Positions 51,930-63,729 of a stretch of DNA of 64,000 nucleotides are shown here, piece after piece. The notes beneath the pieces are model-generated. The model saw only the letters and a list, made by a program, of their open reading frames with translations, made no database searches and was not told the DNA's origin. This DNA comes from Euprymna scolopes (Eukaryota), in assembly GCA_053919585.1 (NCBI GenBank), contig CM132796.1. One strand, given 5' to 3'. Each line of letters begins with the position of its first letter. Position 1 is the stretch's first letter. The position numbers were made by a program, and so were the translations under genes.

Positions 51930-54900
51930 GGCGCAACCGACAATAAATGTGTATGTGGACCAAGTGCCTTGTTCAGCTCTTCTCGACTCCGGGTGCTCAC
52001 ACACCATCATGAGTGCCAAGTAGTGTCGAAACTGGACAAAGCAGAACATCAAAGTAACCACAATAGGTGGCAATACGCAAGCTTGCTGTGGAGCCGGAAC
52101 TGTCAAAGTCCACACAGACTCTGGTGTAGCCACAGACATTAATGTGCTGGTGATGCGAGGGGATTTGCTGGGATTCGATGTACTGTTGGGATATGATGCT
52201 ATTAAAGCACTGGGGGGAGTTGTTATTGGAAGAGATGGGACTGTGCGATTTTTGGAAACCCCAGTGTGTGCTGCAGTTCACATTGATCGGTCTGATTTTA
52301 AGGTGGACTACGATCCTCACCAAAAAGCATGGACTGCATCGTGGACGTTGACAGAAGGAAGGGCACCAACTGAACTCAAGAATAGCATTGCAGAGTACTC
52401 GATACCCGACAAGGCCCGTAATGAATATGAGAAGGAATTGAGGCATGGATCCAGGATGGATGGCTGATCCCCTACCCTAACAAGCTGGGACCACCCAAGG
52501 GTCTGATTCCCTTTATGGCGATAGTCCAGCATAACAAATCAAAAGTTCGTCTGTTGCTGGACTATCGTGAACTCAATAGATACATTGAGACGTACACTGC
52601 CGATGCTGACGTGTGCGCCAGCAAGCTGAGAGAATGGCGCTAGAAGGGCTCCAATGTGTCTATAGTAGACTTGCGGAAGGCTTATTTGCAGGTGCGAGTG
52701 GATGAGACATTGTGGCCATTCCAGACAGTGTGAATCCAGGGTCAGAGATACTGCCTTACTCGACTTGGCTTTGAGCTGAATGTGGCACCGCAAATCATGA
52801 AGACCATTGTAAATGCAGTGTTGTCCCAGGAAAAGACCACTGAGGACGCAACATTGGCCTATATTGACGATGTGTACGTCAATGAAGATATACAATCTGC
52901 GTCGCACGTCAGAGAAAAGTTAGTTCAATTCGGGTTGGAGTGCAAGGATCCTGAATATCTGAGGGATGGAGCACGGGTATTAGGATTGGACGTTTGCGAG
53001 AAAGACGTTACCTTATGATGGATGCGTGGCAGTGAGATTCCAAACATTCCTGATGTTATTATGCGGCAGACTATTTTTTCCTTGTGTGGGAAACTTATTG
53101 GTCACTTACCAGCATGTGGCTGGCTCCGAGCAGCTGCGGGCGTCATCAAACGCAGGGCAAGTTTAGTAACTACAGGTTGGGATGATGTATCTGATGATGC
53201 TCTTCTAACTCTGATGACGACAGAAACCCTAGAGAGAGTAAACAAGGAGGACCCTGCCCGTGGAGAATGGTGTGTCGAATGGGACACTGTGAATGTGTGG
53301 GTTGACGCTAGTTCTTTGGCATTGGGAGTGTTATTGGAGCAACGTGGAAACGTAATTGAAGACGCGTGCTGGCTGCGACCCGTGAATGATGCTCAACACA
53401 TCAACCTGGCGGAACTGGATGCTGTTGTGAAGGGTTTAAATCTGGCACTGCAATGTCAGTCAAAGAAGTTGCACTTGTACACGGATTCTCTCTGTGTCTA
53501 CCACTGGGTGTCTGACACTCTTTCGGGACGAACGAGAGTCCGCACTAAGGCAGCCAGTGAGATGTTAATCCGGCAGAGGCTAAACACCCTGAAGAGTCTG
53601 GTATTGGAGTATGGCCTTCCGGTGAGTGTAACGCTCGTGGCATCACACTGTAATCGTGCAGACCAACTAACCCCTGTGCCTCACAAATGGTATGAAGCAG
53701 TAAAGACAGGCGTGGAGTTCGCAGTTGGCGTGATTAGCTCATGCCAAATACAAAGAATTCATGTGCAGAGTGGACATCCAGGTATCAAAAGAACTTTGCA
53801 TTTTGCGAGGCATGTGGACCCGGCTGTGATAAGGGCGGATGTCAAGCAGATCATCAAGCACTGTGAGGCATGCCAGTCTATCGATCCTGCACCTGAGCAA
53901 TGGCAGAAAGGGCGATTGGAGGTTGAGCATGTGTGGCAACGAGTAGCAATGGATATTACCCATTACAGTGGTAAGCCCTTTCTAACCCTTATCGACTGTG
54001 GACCCACTCGTGTTGCGGTGGCAAATGACCAGGCAGGACTCAGCGAATGTTGTCCACCAGCTGTCATCTATCTTTTCTGAGAAAGGTGCGCCGGAAGAGA
54101 TATTGACGGACAACGATGCTGCTTTTTGTAGCCACCAAATTCGGCAGTTGTTAAATGAGTGGGGTGTCCGACTACGACTGCGATGTGCTCATGTGCCATC
54201 AGGGAATGGCATTGCTGAGAGGAGCCATCGCAGCATCAAGAGAATTGCTGCCAGAAAGCAATACACCATTACGGAGGCCACATATTGGTATAACATCACA
54301 CCAAAGGATGGGAAGACACTAACAACAGCACCGGCTAATGCCATACACACATACCGTGTTAGGATAAAGGGCATTGATACTGTCGAGCCAATCGACGAGG
54401 AGAGTCATGACAAATACAAGATAGGGGATCCAGTTTGGGTTAGACCCCCTGGAAACCGGTGCACCACCAAGTTCAATCGAGGACGAATATCTGGAGTGGT
54501 TAGCCAGCAGTCGGTCCTTGTTGATGGAACCCCATGCCATGTGCGCGATCTTCACCCAGCTAGTGAAGTACATCCTACAACTACAGAGAGCAATGAATCA
54601 TCAGATGATGAGCTGCTGATGAGTGAGGTCACCGAGCAAGAGAGTGGTAGTTGTAGTTCGTCTGATCAGGCAGGATCAGAACTAGAACCAGAACCACACC
54701 CAGAACTAGAACCAGAACCTGAATCCGAGATTGTAAATACCACCCTTCGCAGAAGCCAACGAACTAAGAGGCCACCCCCGGAGTGCACTCTATGTGATCA
54801 TCAGATCAGGGGGGAGTGTAGTACTTACCAACAAAACAAACGCCCACGTGTTTGTACCTTGTGTAGGCATGCGCGACAACAAAACTTTGGTTTTTATAAG

Positions 54901-54969
54901 CGGAAGTTTCGAGGTTGTCAGGAATCTCTGGGCGCATACGCAAGAGAAGGGATTGAGAGAGTGGTATAA
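51930..54969 (+). pseudogene. pol: Gypsy pol (protease, RT, RNase H, integrase) with in-frame stops and frameshifts
   Basis: PR LLDSGCS; RT DLRKAYLQ, RLGFELNVAP, AYIDDV; RH WVDASS, NLAELDA, YTDS, NRAD; IN H..GH...CEAC, AMDIT, LTDND, NGIAER. Stops e.g. at 52021, 52641, 53016. Confidence 0.92.
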
Positions 54970-55128
54970 AAGGCAGGTCGAGTGAGAAGGTTGTTGTTAT
55001 TGCTGTCATTGGACGTTACAGTAATGCGTGCGTTAGCAGGTGATTAAGAAGCTGTTTTTTTTGTGTCAAGTCGCGCACCTCGGTGAAGGTCATATAAGTC
55101 GTGCACCTCGGTGAAGGTGAAGGTCATA
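54817..55128 (+). repeat. 3' LTR (312 bp)
   Basis: Preceded by the PPT, followed by TSD GTTGA. Confidence 0.95.
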
Positions 55129-56367
55129 GTTGAAGGGCTTCGAAGATGAGAGTGATACCATCAAAACGAACAACCTTTTCTGCAGAAGTTATTTTACTAC
55201 ATAGTTATCAGCATTCTGAATGCACTTTTTCCAGCAATGAATGATGGCTATGTATGGGCGTCTGGAGTGTGCTTTATCATACGAGGGTTGTTCCAAAGAT
55301 AAAGCCTCATATTTTTTTTTTAATTCATAAAGTTGAAGAGCTACGAAAACGGGATTGGTACCACCAAAACGAACAGCTTTTTGTGCTTCTGGGTTTGTTT
55401 TCTACATAGTCATCAGTCGTCTAAATGCATTTTTGCCAGCCATGAACAATGGCTTTGCATGAGCGTCCAGAGAGCTTTCACATACAAAGATCATTTCAAA
55501 AGTAAAGCCTCCCATTTTTTATTTCAAAAAGCTGAAGAGCTCCAAAGATGGGAGTGGTACTATTAAAACGAAGAACCTTTTATGCTCCAGAATTTATTTT
55601 TCTCAATGCACTTTAGAATTTATTTTTCTCAATGCACTTTTGCCACAAATACAATGACATATCTCTACTTCAATGACAGAGGTTAGTTCCTTAGAGTCTC
55701 ACACCGTCAATATCTGCAACAAAGGGATGAAACTTACATGTCATGAATGCACGAGTTCGGTCATCATGACAATGCAATTTGCAATCTCCTCTGATTAATT
55801 TGGGTGGAATTTAAAACATAGGAGGCATTATCTTTGAAAAAACCCTCATATAAGTCAAATTATTGAATATATTTTAGTACAGTCATCATAATCTCTGGGA
55901 CACTTCTATACATTTTTTTTTCAGAAAAATATTTTCTAAATAACGTAAAAAATTCAATAAAAAAGACAAAAAGATTGAATATTTTCAAGATGTTTTGTAG
56001 AAAAAAAAAGTCACTTCATCAACTATTTTAAATAATGTCTTTTAGCAAACCAACAATTTAACTCAATTAAAATTTCACCAGACAGTTTCTCATCGTGCCA
56101 CATCCCTCTATCAACTATGATTCACCTCAAAAGCAAATAACAAAATTAATCACGGGACATTAATAATATAATAATTTACATTTACAAACTTTGTTCTTTT
56201 TTGTTGTGGAATTTCCACAGGTCCCGCTAGTGTTTTACACAAATAAAATTATTTCATTTTACAAGAAAAAGATTGTTGTTATGGTAGCATGTTTTAGATT
56301 GGTTTTCATACCAGCAAGTTGATGCATCACTTCTACAAAATCTTTAGATGAAGTCAAGTATGAAATA

Positions 56368-56790
56368 CAAGGGTTGCCCCAAAAGTAAAGCCTCCTATGT
56401 TTGTTTTAACTCATAAAGTTAAAGAGCTACGAAGACAGGAGTATTACCATTAAAAGGAACAACCTTTTGTACTTCAGAATTTATTTTACTACATAGTCAC
56501 CACCATTCTCAATGCACACTTGCCAGCAATGAATGATGGCTATGCATGGGCATCGAGCATGTGCTTTGTTATATGAGAGTTGTTCCAAATGTAACGCTTT
56601 ATTTTTTTTTAAATCAAAAACGTGAAGAGCTACGGAAGCGATAGTGTTACCATTAAAACAAGCAACCTTTTGTGCCCCAGAATGTATTTTTCTACATAGT
56701 CACTACGATGTTCAATGCACTTTTGACAGGAATTCAATGATGCATCTCTGTTTTTATGCACATCTATGACAGAGTTGCTTTCTTAGAAAG
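56368..56790 (+). mobile_element. Mariner-derived repeated module copies (same family as 23612-24131 and 50769-55848)
   Basis: TA|CAAGGGTTGCCCCAAAAGTAAAGCCTCC start; two ~200-bp modules. Confidence 0.65.
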
Positions 56791-56920
56791 AAAACAGCAA
56801 GTCTTTCCCTTTGTCTGAAACATTGGTTATGGAATGTAAGGAGCAAAGGAGAAAATAAAGGAAGCAGAAGTTACAAAGTCTAATGGATTACGGTTCTAAA
56901 TTTTTGAGATGAGGATTAAT

Positions 56921-57244
56921 TGTTCATATTTTGATTCTTTGGACTACTGTTCTCATTTTGAGTGCTGTCTTCACAACGTTTCAGTCGATGCAACCTCTGA
57001 CTTTTTTCAGGTGTATCTTATTGAACTTAGGAAATTTTTTCGTCAAACTCGGGAATCTAAATGGAATTTCGAACAAAACCCTTTATTTAATCTACGGAAG
57101 TTGCCATGACGGGGTACAAGTCTTAAGTAATTTGAGTTTGACAAGATACACCTGAAGAGGGGCAGAGGTTACATCGGCCGAAACGTTGTGAAAATAACAC
57201 TCAAGATGAGAACAGTAGTTCAAAACATCCAAATAATATTAAGA
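56921..57244. repeat. Fold-back repeat with ~110-bp inverted arms, each carrying a minimal hammerhead-like motif
   Basis: 56921-57029 is the imperfect reverse complement of 57133-57244. Right arm CAC-CTGAAGA-...GGCC-GAA-ACGT-T-GTG. A single degenerate arm also occurs at ~39030-39135. Confidence 0.75.
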
Positions 57245-58306
57245 ATCTAATACAATTGTAAATTTTACGATCATTTTTCAGAATATTTCGAAAGAGATTA
57301 AGATTATCCCGATAACTATTTTTATTTAACAAAAAAGCAAAAAAAAAAAACAAAAAACAAAAAACAAAAAAAAAATAAAACAAAATAAAAACAAAAGAAA
57401 TTGGTTTCTTTTAGATTTTTCTTTCATCTCATTCGCTTATAGCTGATCGATTTGAACAGTGACTCAATATCATGTTCTTAGATTCCTATTAGAGACAAGG
57501 AAATGAAATAAAAACCGACAACCAGTAGAGAGCGGCGCTGAGCTTCATTTCAAATTAGTTTCAACAAAATGAATAATCAGGATAGAGTGTGGGTTATGGA
57601 TCAAAATAGAACTTTTCTTTTTTTAACAGAATTCAATTTTGAGGTGAGATCAAATTATAAAAAATCACGAAGGATTAAAGAGAGAAAAAAAAATTCTATT
57701 TAACTTAAATAAATAAAAAATATTTGAAATCTGGAAGATTTTCAAAGTTCTGACTGGTGCATAGAACTGTATGAAATTATTTCTAGTATTTTTTATTATC
57801 ATTATTATTGTTATGCTAATTTCATTCCATGATCATATCATCGAAGTCTCCTGTTCTGACCATATCTCCCAATGCTCTCTAGATTTAATCTTTTGAGTTC
57901 ATCAGATTTAAGACTCTCTATAAGACTCACATTATATATTCATCGTATCTTGCTTGTATCATTTCTCCCCATGCAACGTATATCCACAACCCTCAGTGGT
58001 CAGTTCTCACTTTCATACATCCTTACACTGTACACAAATTCCTTATAGACTCTATCTTGTGTCGAGAGCGGTAATGCGGCAGGTGATGGTTGTTTAGTGG
58101 TTAACGACACGAACTGACAATATAGGTGTACAAAGTTCAAATCCAGTTTATTCCACAGAAACACTTTCACTTAGTGATGTTGGCAACCTTCATTTATTCC
58201 CTCCCGTAAGTACCCTATGTCTTTCTAGAAAGTATTCTAACTAGAAAGTTATCTGAAACGAATGCCAGCAATAATCACCTGATTAATATGAAATGAATGA
58301 AAGATG

Positions 58307-58345
58307 CTCCTCCTCCTCCTCCTCCTCCTCCTCCTCCTCCTCCTC

Positions 58346-58386
<41 letters not shown>

Positions 58387-58387
58387 C
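58307..58387. repeat. (CCT)n(CAA)n compound microsatellite
   Basis: Direct reading. Confidence 0.95.
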
Positions 58388-58586
58388 GCTTTGCTAGTTG
58401 ATGATGCCTGAACTTACTCAACCCAATTTTAACTCTTTCAATAACTGTCCCCTATCATGAGGTGTTTGTTCACATTACATTTAACGTTTACAGGTTAGTA
58501 CAACCAGGGAAGCAAGAAACAGGGATATAATTCTAAAGTTTAGCAGTCCGAGGCAAAAACTATTAGAGTAGAAGACTTTTCGTCAT

Positions 58587-58950
58587 TTAGGAGCCTCGAC
58601 AGCAGAGAAGTAGCCTTTTGCTGCTTATTGGGTTTGGCAGAAAAATATGTAGGTTGAAGGGGGGGGGGGGCACAAATACTGCAAGTTCATCTAAGCACAT
58701 TCTGTTAAAGTATTTGTAAAACGGACACAGAGATGCATTGCAGTGATGAGACAGAGGTTGGAGCTTGGCCGATAGTGCAGGACCTATTAGATTTGAGTCT
58801 CCTTTTTGGAACCTGTCTAAGAAATAGAGACTAGTGGTTGGTGCACCAGCCCAGATGTGACAACAATACTTCATGCACGGTTGAATGGTGGCTTTGTAAA
58901 GACACAGGATGCTTTTCTGGTGTGAGTAATTTTATAGTACTGTCGAGGGA
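58587..58950 (-). mobile_element. CR1-group LINE RT fragment
   Basis: ORF MKYCCHIWAGAPTTSL..LDRFQK...LQPLSHH. Confidence 0.8.
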
Positions 58951-59758
58951 GCCAATTTTCTTGTTGCCTCGTTAAAAATATTATTGCCCTGTGTTTCATT
59001 CATTAATCTAACTCTGGGCTATTTAAGATTTTTCAAGCATACAAATGATAACTATTTACAAACTAAATAAATGGATTTATTTATTCTGTATGTATGGTTG
59101 TACTATAACTTAAAAATCCCCATTTACTTGCCTCCCTACGAGGGCAGAGTTAAACAAAGTTGTATGTCCATGTAGAGAAAATCCAGCTTCTTGATGAAAA
59201 GCACTCTCGATTGGGAACAAGAATGAAATTTACTTCTAATGTAATGTTTTCATCAATGAGCGATCAATAGATATCTTTTCATACGTACATTCGTGAAGGG
59301 CTAAGGTTAGAGTTAGGGTAAGAGTTTATACATGGACTTTTTATTCTTTTCATCGTCGCTGCTTTTGAAGCCCCCCCCCCCAAAAAAAAAGAAGCCAAAT
59401 TCGTGAAATTTAGCTTTAAAATGGCCAATCTGGCAATTCCGGACAAGAATATTTGAGTGACCGCCCCTTGATATAGCCTCGTTTTCGAATATAATTATAA
59501 TAATATATGATCATTGTTGTAATAGTGTGACAAAAGAACTCATAGTAATTTTGATGTGCAGCTGTTCTTCCATGTGCAGTGGTTCTTCGCTGAAGAAAGA
59601 GAACAGATGCACATTACATAAAAAGGGAAGATTTGAAAGAAATAGGGCAAAAATAAGAATATTGTCAAGAGGTGCTGGATTGAAGGAGTAAATTAAAGAT
59701 TGTTTCTTACAATGTAATTTTATTATTTGTATTGAACGATGTAGCACAATATTATTAC

Positions 59759-59990
59759 TTTTTTTTTAAACGGTGGTCACCACTTATCAAGGCCCGGAAG
59801 CTACTCGGGGATAAGGATTATTGTGCATACAGTAATCAATCGGATAGTATCGTAGTAATCGTTAGTATTGGAGTTATGATAAAGTGTCTTACTAAAAAGG
59901 GCGGGTCATCAGGAATTTGTTTATGTTGGACTTGAAGACATCCAAGTTGTAGTCAGGTGGGAAACAGGCAAACAGGCGTGCACTTCTAAG
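59759..59990 (-). mobile_element. CR1-group LINE 3' tail fragment
   Basis: Reverse complement of the 18160-18350 type tail (GGTCACCACTTATCAAGGCCCGGAAGC). Confidence 0.8.
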
Positions 59991-60446
59991 AGTATTTATT
60001 ACTACTTATCAATTTATCTTAATTGGATCAATTCTATATTTATAACGAACACTATTTTCATAGAAATGTTAATAAACCCATATTTGCTACATATTATTCG
60101 CTTTACTGTCCATAAAACTATTTTTTCGCTGTCCAGAAAAATATCAGCTTTAATAAAAATATATTTCTCATTCCAACGAATTTCCATGGTTCCTACTAGT
60201 ATTTAATATTCACAATTGGATAATTTTCTTTTCGCTATGATAGAGCTATTTCTTTTGCAACCTGTTTTTGGATATTTGTTTTTCTATTTACAAGAACGTC
60301 TCTCCATTTGAGATCACTTATTTTATTAAAATCGACACTAAAATGTTTTTAGTTCTTAATTTATAGGGTAATTAGACGTGAGGAAAATGGCATCAAATTT
60401 TATCAATTCAAAAACCTGAGCAAATTTCAAGCATTTCATAGGTTTT

Positions 60447-61317
60447 CATCTGTCACGTTAGAAAAGAAAACAAGATATGGACAAATGCATCTCTAACGTA
60501 AGAAAGGAAAAAGTAAACATGGCCCACTGCATCTGTAACGATGGGGAGAAATACACACAGACAACTAGACAAGTAAAACATGGGCAGCTACATCTATCAC
60601 CTTGGAAAAGAAAAAGAAAACATCGGCAACTACATCTGTAACGTTGAAAAATAAAAATAAAATATAGTTAACTACATCTGTAACGTTAGAAAAGAAAGAG
60701 AAACATGGGCAACTACATTTGTAATGTTGGAAAAGAAAATGAAAATATATACAACTACATATGTAACGTTAGAAAAGAAAACATGGTGTATCTTAAATGT
60801 GTCACGTTAGAAAAAAAACATGGGCAATACATCTCTTACGTTAGAAAAGAAAAGCAATTACATCTGTCATGTTAGAATAGAAAATAGAAAACATGAACAA
60901 CTACATCTGTCATGTTAGGAAAGACTATAATGCACGGATTAACTATATCTGTTACATTTGAAACAGCAGATAAAACACGTTAGAAAAGAGAAGATGTCAA
61001 CTACGTCTGTTACATTAGAAAAGAAAACATGGACAATATATCTATTACATTAGAAACGAAAACATGGCAACTATATCCGTCACACCAGAAAAGGAAAATA
61101 AAACTCGGGCAGTTACATCTGTCACGTTAGAAAGCAAAACATGGGCAATACATCTTTTACATTAGAAAAGAAAACATGGCAATTACATCTGTCACGTTAG
61201 AAAAGAAAGCATGGCAACTACACCTGTTACGCAGCAGCAGCAGCAAGAAGAAAAAGAAGAAGAAGAAGAAGAAGAAGACAAAAACAAAACAAAATAAGTG
61301 CGACTAAATCTGTCACG
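60447..61317. repeat. Divergent ~36-45-bp minisatellite (~20 copies)
   Basis: Unit ACATCTGT(C/A)ACGTTAGAAAAGAAAACATGGGCAACT. About two units also at ~30288-30360. Confidence 0.9.
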
Positions 61318-62043
61318 AAAACCGAAATCTTCCATGTCTTTTCCAATTCACCTAGCAATGCACAATAATGATATCATATAATTTCGGAGATCCTTCCACA
61401 GCCAAGAAAAAGAGGTTAAGGAAAGACGGTTAATTGAAAAAAGATAGATTTTCAAAGAATGCCAAATGAAAGGTTCTTTCAAGTTTCAGGGGCAAGGTTT
61501 GTGGGGTCGGGGGTAGTCACTTAAAAGGGGCCAGGAAATGGGCCAAGACAGAAAAGCATGCAAGGAAAAAATCTATTCTAGTTTTATAAAAAGAGAAGAT
61601 CAAAGAAATTCATTGTCACCAAATTCCCCTAATCCATCAAAAAGATAATGTCACCAACTGAATAAAAAAACAACGTGTATTAAGATGTTATTATATTGTA
61701 AAAAAAAAAAAACCGGGAGGGGTGGGGGCTAGAATTAACTATAACAACGTATTCGTTTTGTTGATGATCCCCTCTCGTGGATAGAAATATGTTTTATAAA
61801 TAACTAGAAGAATACTCGTTCCAGGACAGGTAAAATAAGTTTTCTAAATAAAATAGTTTTGTACCATTTTTATGTCTATTTACAAACATTTCAATTAACA
61901 TATAATGCTATTAAACCTTTTTTCTAGACTCCTTATTCTTATTCTAATTTTGATCAAAATCCATTACATGATTGTGATTCTCGAAAATGTCTAAAATTTA
62001 AGGCTTAAGGGCTCTTAAGAAGGAATTGAAATTCAAAAAAAAA

Positions 62044-62900
62044 TTTTTACTTGGGAGTCACCACTTATCAAGGCCCGAAGGCCGCGCGAGGATAAGGGTT
62101 AATGAATGTAAGGTGGTAGTGTAGTGTTTAATGGTGTAAATTGGGTAGAATTTACTTATTTTTAGGGACAGCTCAGCAAGAACTTGTTTACATTGGATTT
62201 AAAGGCTACTATACTATATTCAATCGGGAAGCAGACCAGTGGAATAGTGTTCTACAAACGGGCAGTTCTGGGAAAGAAGCTTTGTTCATGAAATCTGAGT
62301 TTAGATTTAGGGACAAATAGAATGTGGAGGAAATTGTATATAGTGGTTGTAGCTAGTCGACTGTTTTTGTGAAAATTTGGCAAGGGAGGACTACAGGATG
62401 GAGTTCAGTCGAGCACTTGCCATGAAAATAATGATAGAGCGAAAGCAGGCTCGCAACATCTCTTCTGTGAAAAAGAGGTTGCAGGGAAGAAAAAGGGCAT
62501 CACCTGCTAGGTTTTGAAGCCAGTTTTAAACTCTATCAAGGCTGGATTAAGCATGCCGATCAGCTTCTGCCCAGATGTGGCAACAGTACTCCATTTTAGG
62601 GCGTACCTGGCTCTTATACTGATAGAGGATTTCATTGGCAGTGAAATATCTACTGAAGCGGTAGAGTGATACGACCATTTTCCCAGCAACCTTGGCAACA
62701 TATTTGACGTTTGCGTTCCGTTTGAGATCAGGAGTGAAGGTCAGTCTCAGACGCTTGTCAAGACATGGTACTTCCCTAAGACGAGAGCCATTCATTTCAA
62801 TTCTGGCGTGATGGGGGTCAGAGTGATTATGATGGAAGGAGAGAAGCTTGGTTTTCGATGCATTAAAATTAACCAGCCACCTTTTCCCCCATTCCCCCCC
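62044..62900 (-). mobile_element. 5'-truncated CR1-group LINE
   Basis: ORF 62547-62939 WGKRWLVNFNASKTK...YKSQVRPKMEYCCHIWA; shared tail at 62044-62102. Confidence 0.9.
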
Positions 62901-63471
62901 CACGTTTTCAAGATTGCTTAATTGTTGTCTCATGACCACGGATAAAATTTAATGCAAATCTGAAATATTTCAATTTTTAAATGGGATGTTGTACCCATAT
63001 TATGTCCCCTAAAAACCTTTAAAATACTTCAAAGAAACAAAAATTGATGTACAATAATACTTATCCTTAACATTTCATAAAAATCAAAGGTACCTGAATT
63101 TTCACAACGATCTCTCCTTCTTTTGCATGAAGCAAAATTGAGCTAAATATAATTCACATTACCCATCCTCATGCCTAGCAACTGTGTTTCAAAATTCATA
63201 ATGATCGCTTAATTAGTTTAGGAGTAAACCCTGCACGTATAAATATATAAACATATACACATAACTAATTTCAACTAGAGATGTCGAGTAGCACGTTTTG
63301 TTCTCATATCAAATCGGTGCAAAAGTTTTTGTCAGTTTTTAGAAGGGTATTTCAAACTATTGTAATTTATTTTATACATATGGTTATTACGTAAACATAT
63401 CGCAATGATTATTTCAGAACTTCTTTCGGATTATTAACACATCATTCATATTTTCCTGCAATATTCTTATA

Positions 63472-63547
63472 TACGGCATAATCACGTGACACACCGGTTC
63501 TTGTTAAGTCACCGAAATTAAGCAATGTTAATCTGGTCAGTGCTGTA
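63472..63547 (+). pseudogene. 5S rRNA-derived fragment with internal deletion
   Basis: TACGGCATAATCACGTGACACACCGGTTCTTG...CACCGAAATTAAGCAATG...GGTCA|GTGCTGTA is the 5S 5' two-thirds fused to the 5S 3' end. Confidence 0.6.
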
Positions 63548-63729
63548 TTTGCTCTCTGATTATCTCATCATTGTTTCCAGTCGCCTGGACTTCTCCTTGC
63601 CACTGGACTCAAGTAGTGCCGATTCAGGAGAGGTGTAGTTGGGGATTGTACAGCATCTGCCTCACAATTACATGCGCAGTTATCCTTACAACGGGTATCT
63701 TTTATCTTTCGAGTCTGAATGGAGGCATC

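Larger units (their letters stand above)
50820..55128 (+). mobile_element. Full-length (4.3 kb) Ty3/gypsy LTR retrotransposon, coding region disrupted
   Basis: LTRs 50820-51130 and 54817-55128; TSD GTTGA (50815-19 / 55129-33); PPT AGGGGGGAG 54808-16; domain order gag-PR-RT-RH-IN. Confidence 0.97.
50769..55848 (+). mobile_element. Mariner-derived non-autonomous element (host of the gypsy insertion; own sequence 50769-50819 and 55134-55848)
   Basis: TA|CGAGGGTCGTCTCAAAAGTAA ... TTTGAAAAAACCCTCA|TA. Removing the gypsy and one GTTGA restores CATAAAGTTGAAG(A/G)GCT as in the neighbouring modules. Confidence 0.7.

Noticed and set aside
59301-59325. Telomere-like TTAGGG
   Set aside because: Only one exact unit with degenerate neighbours; not an array.
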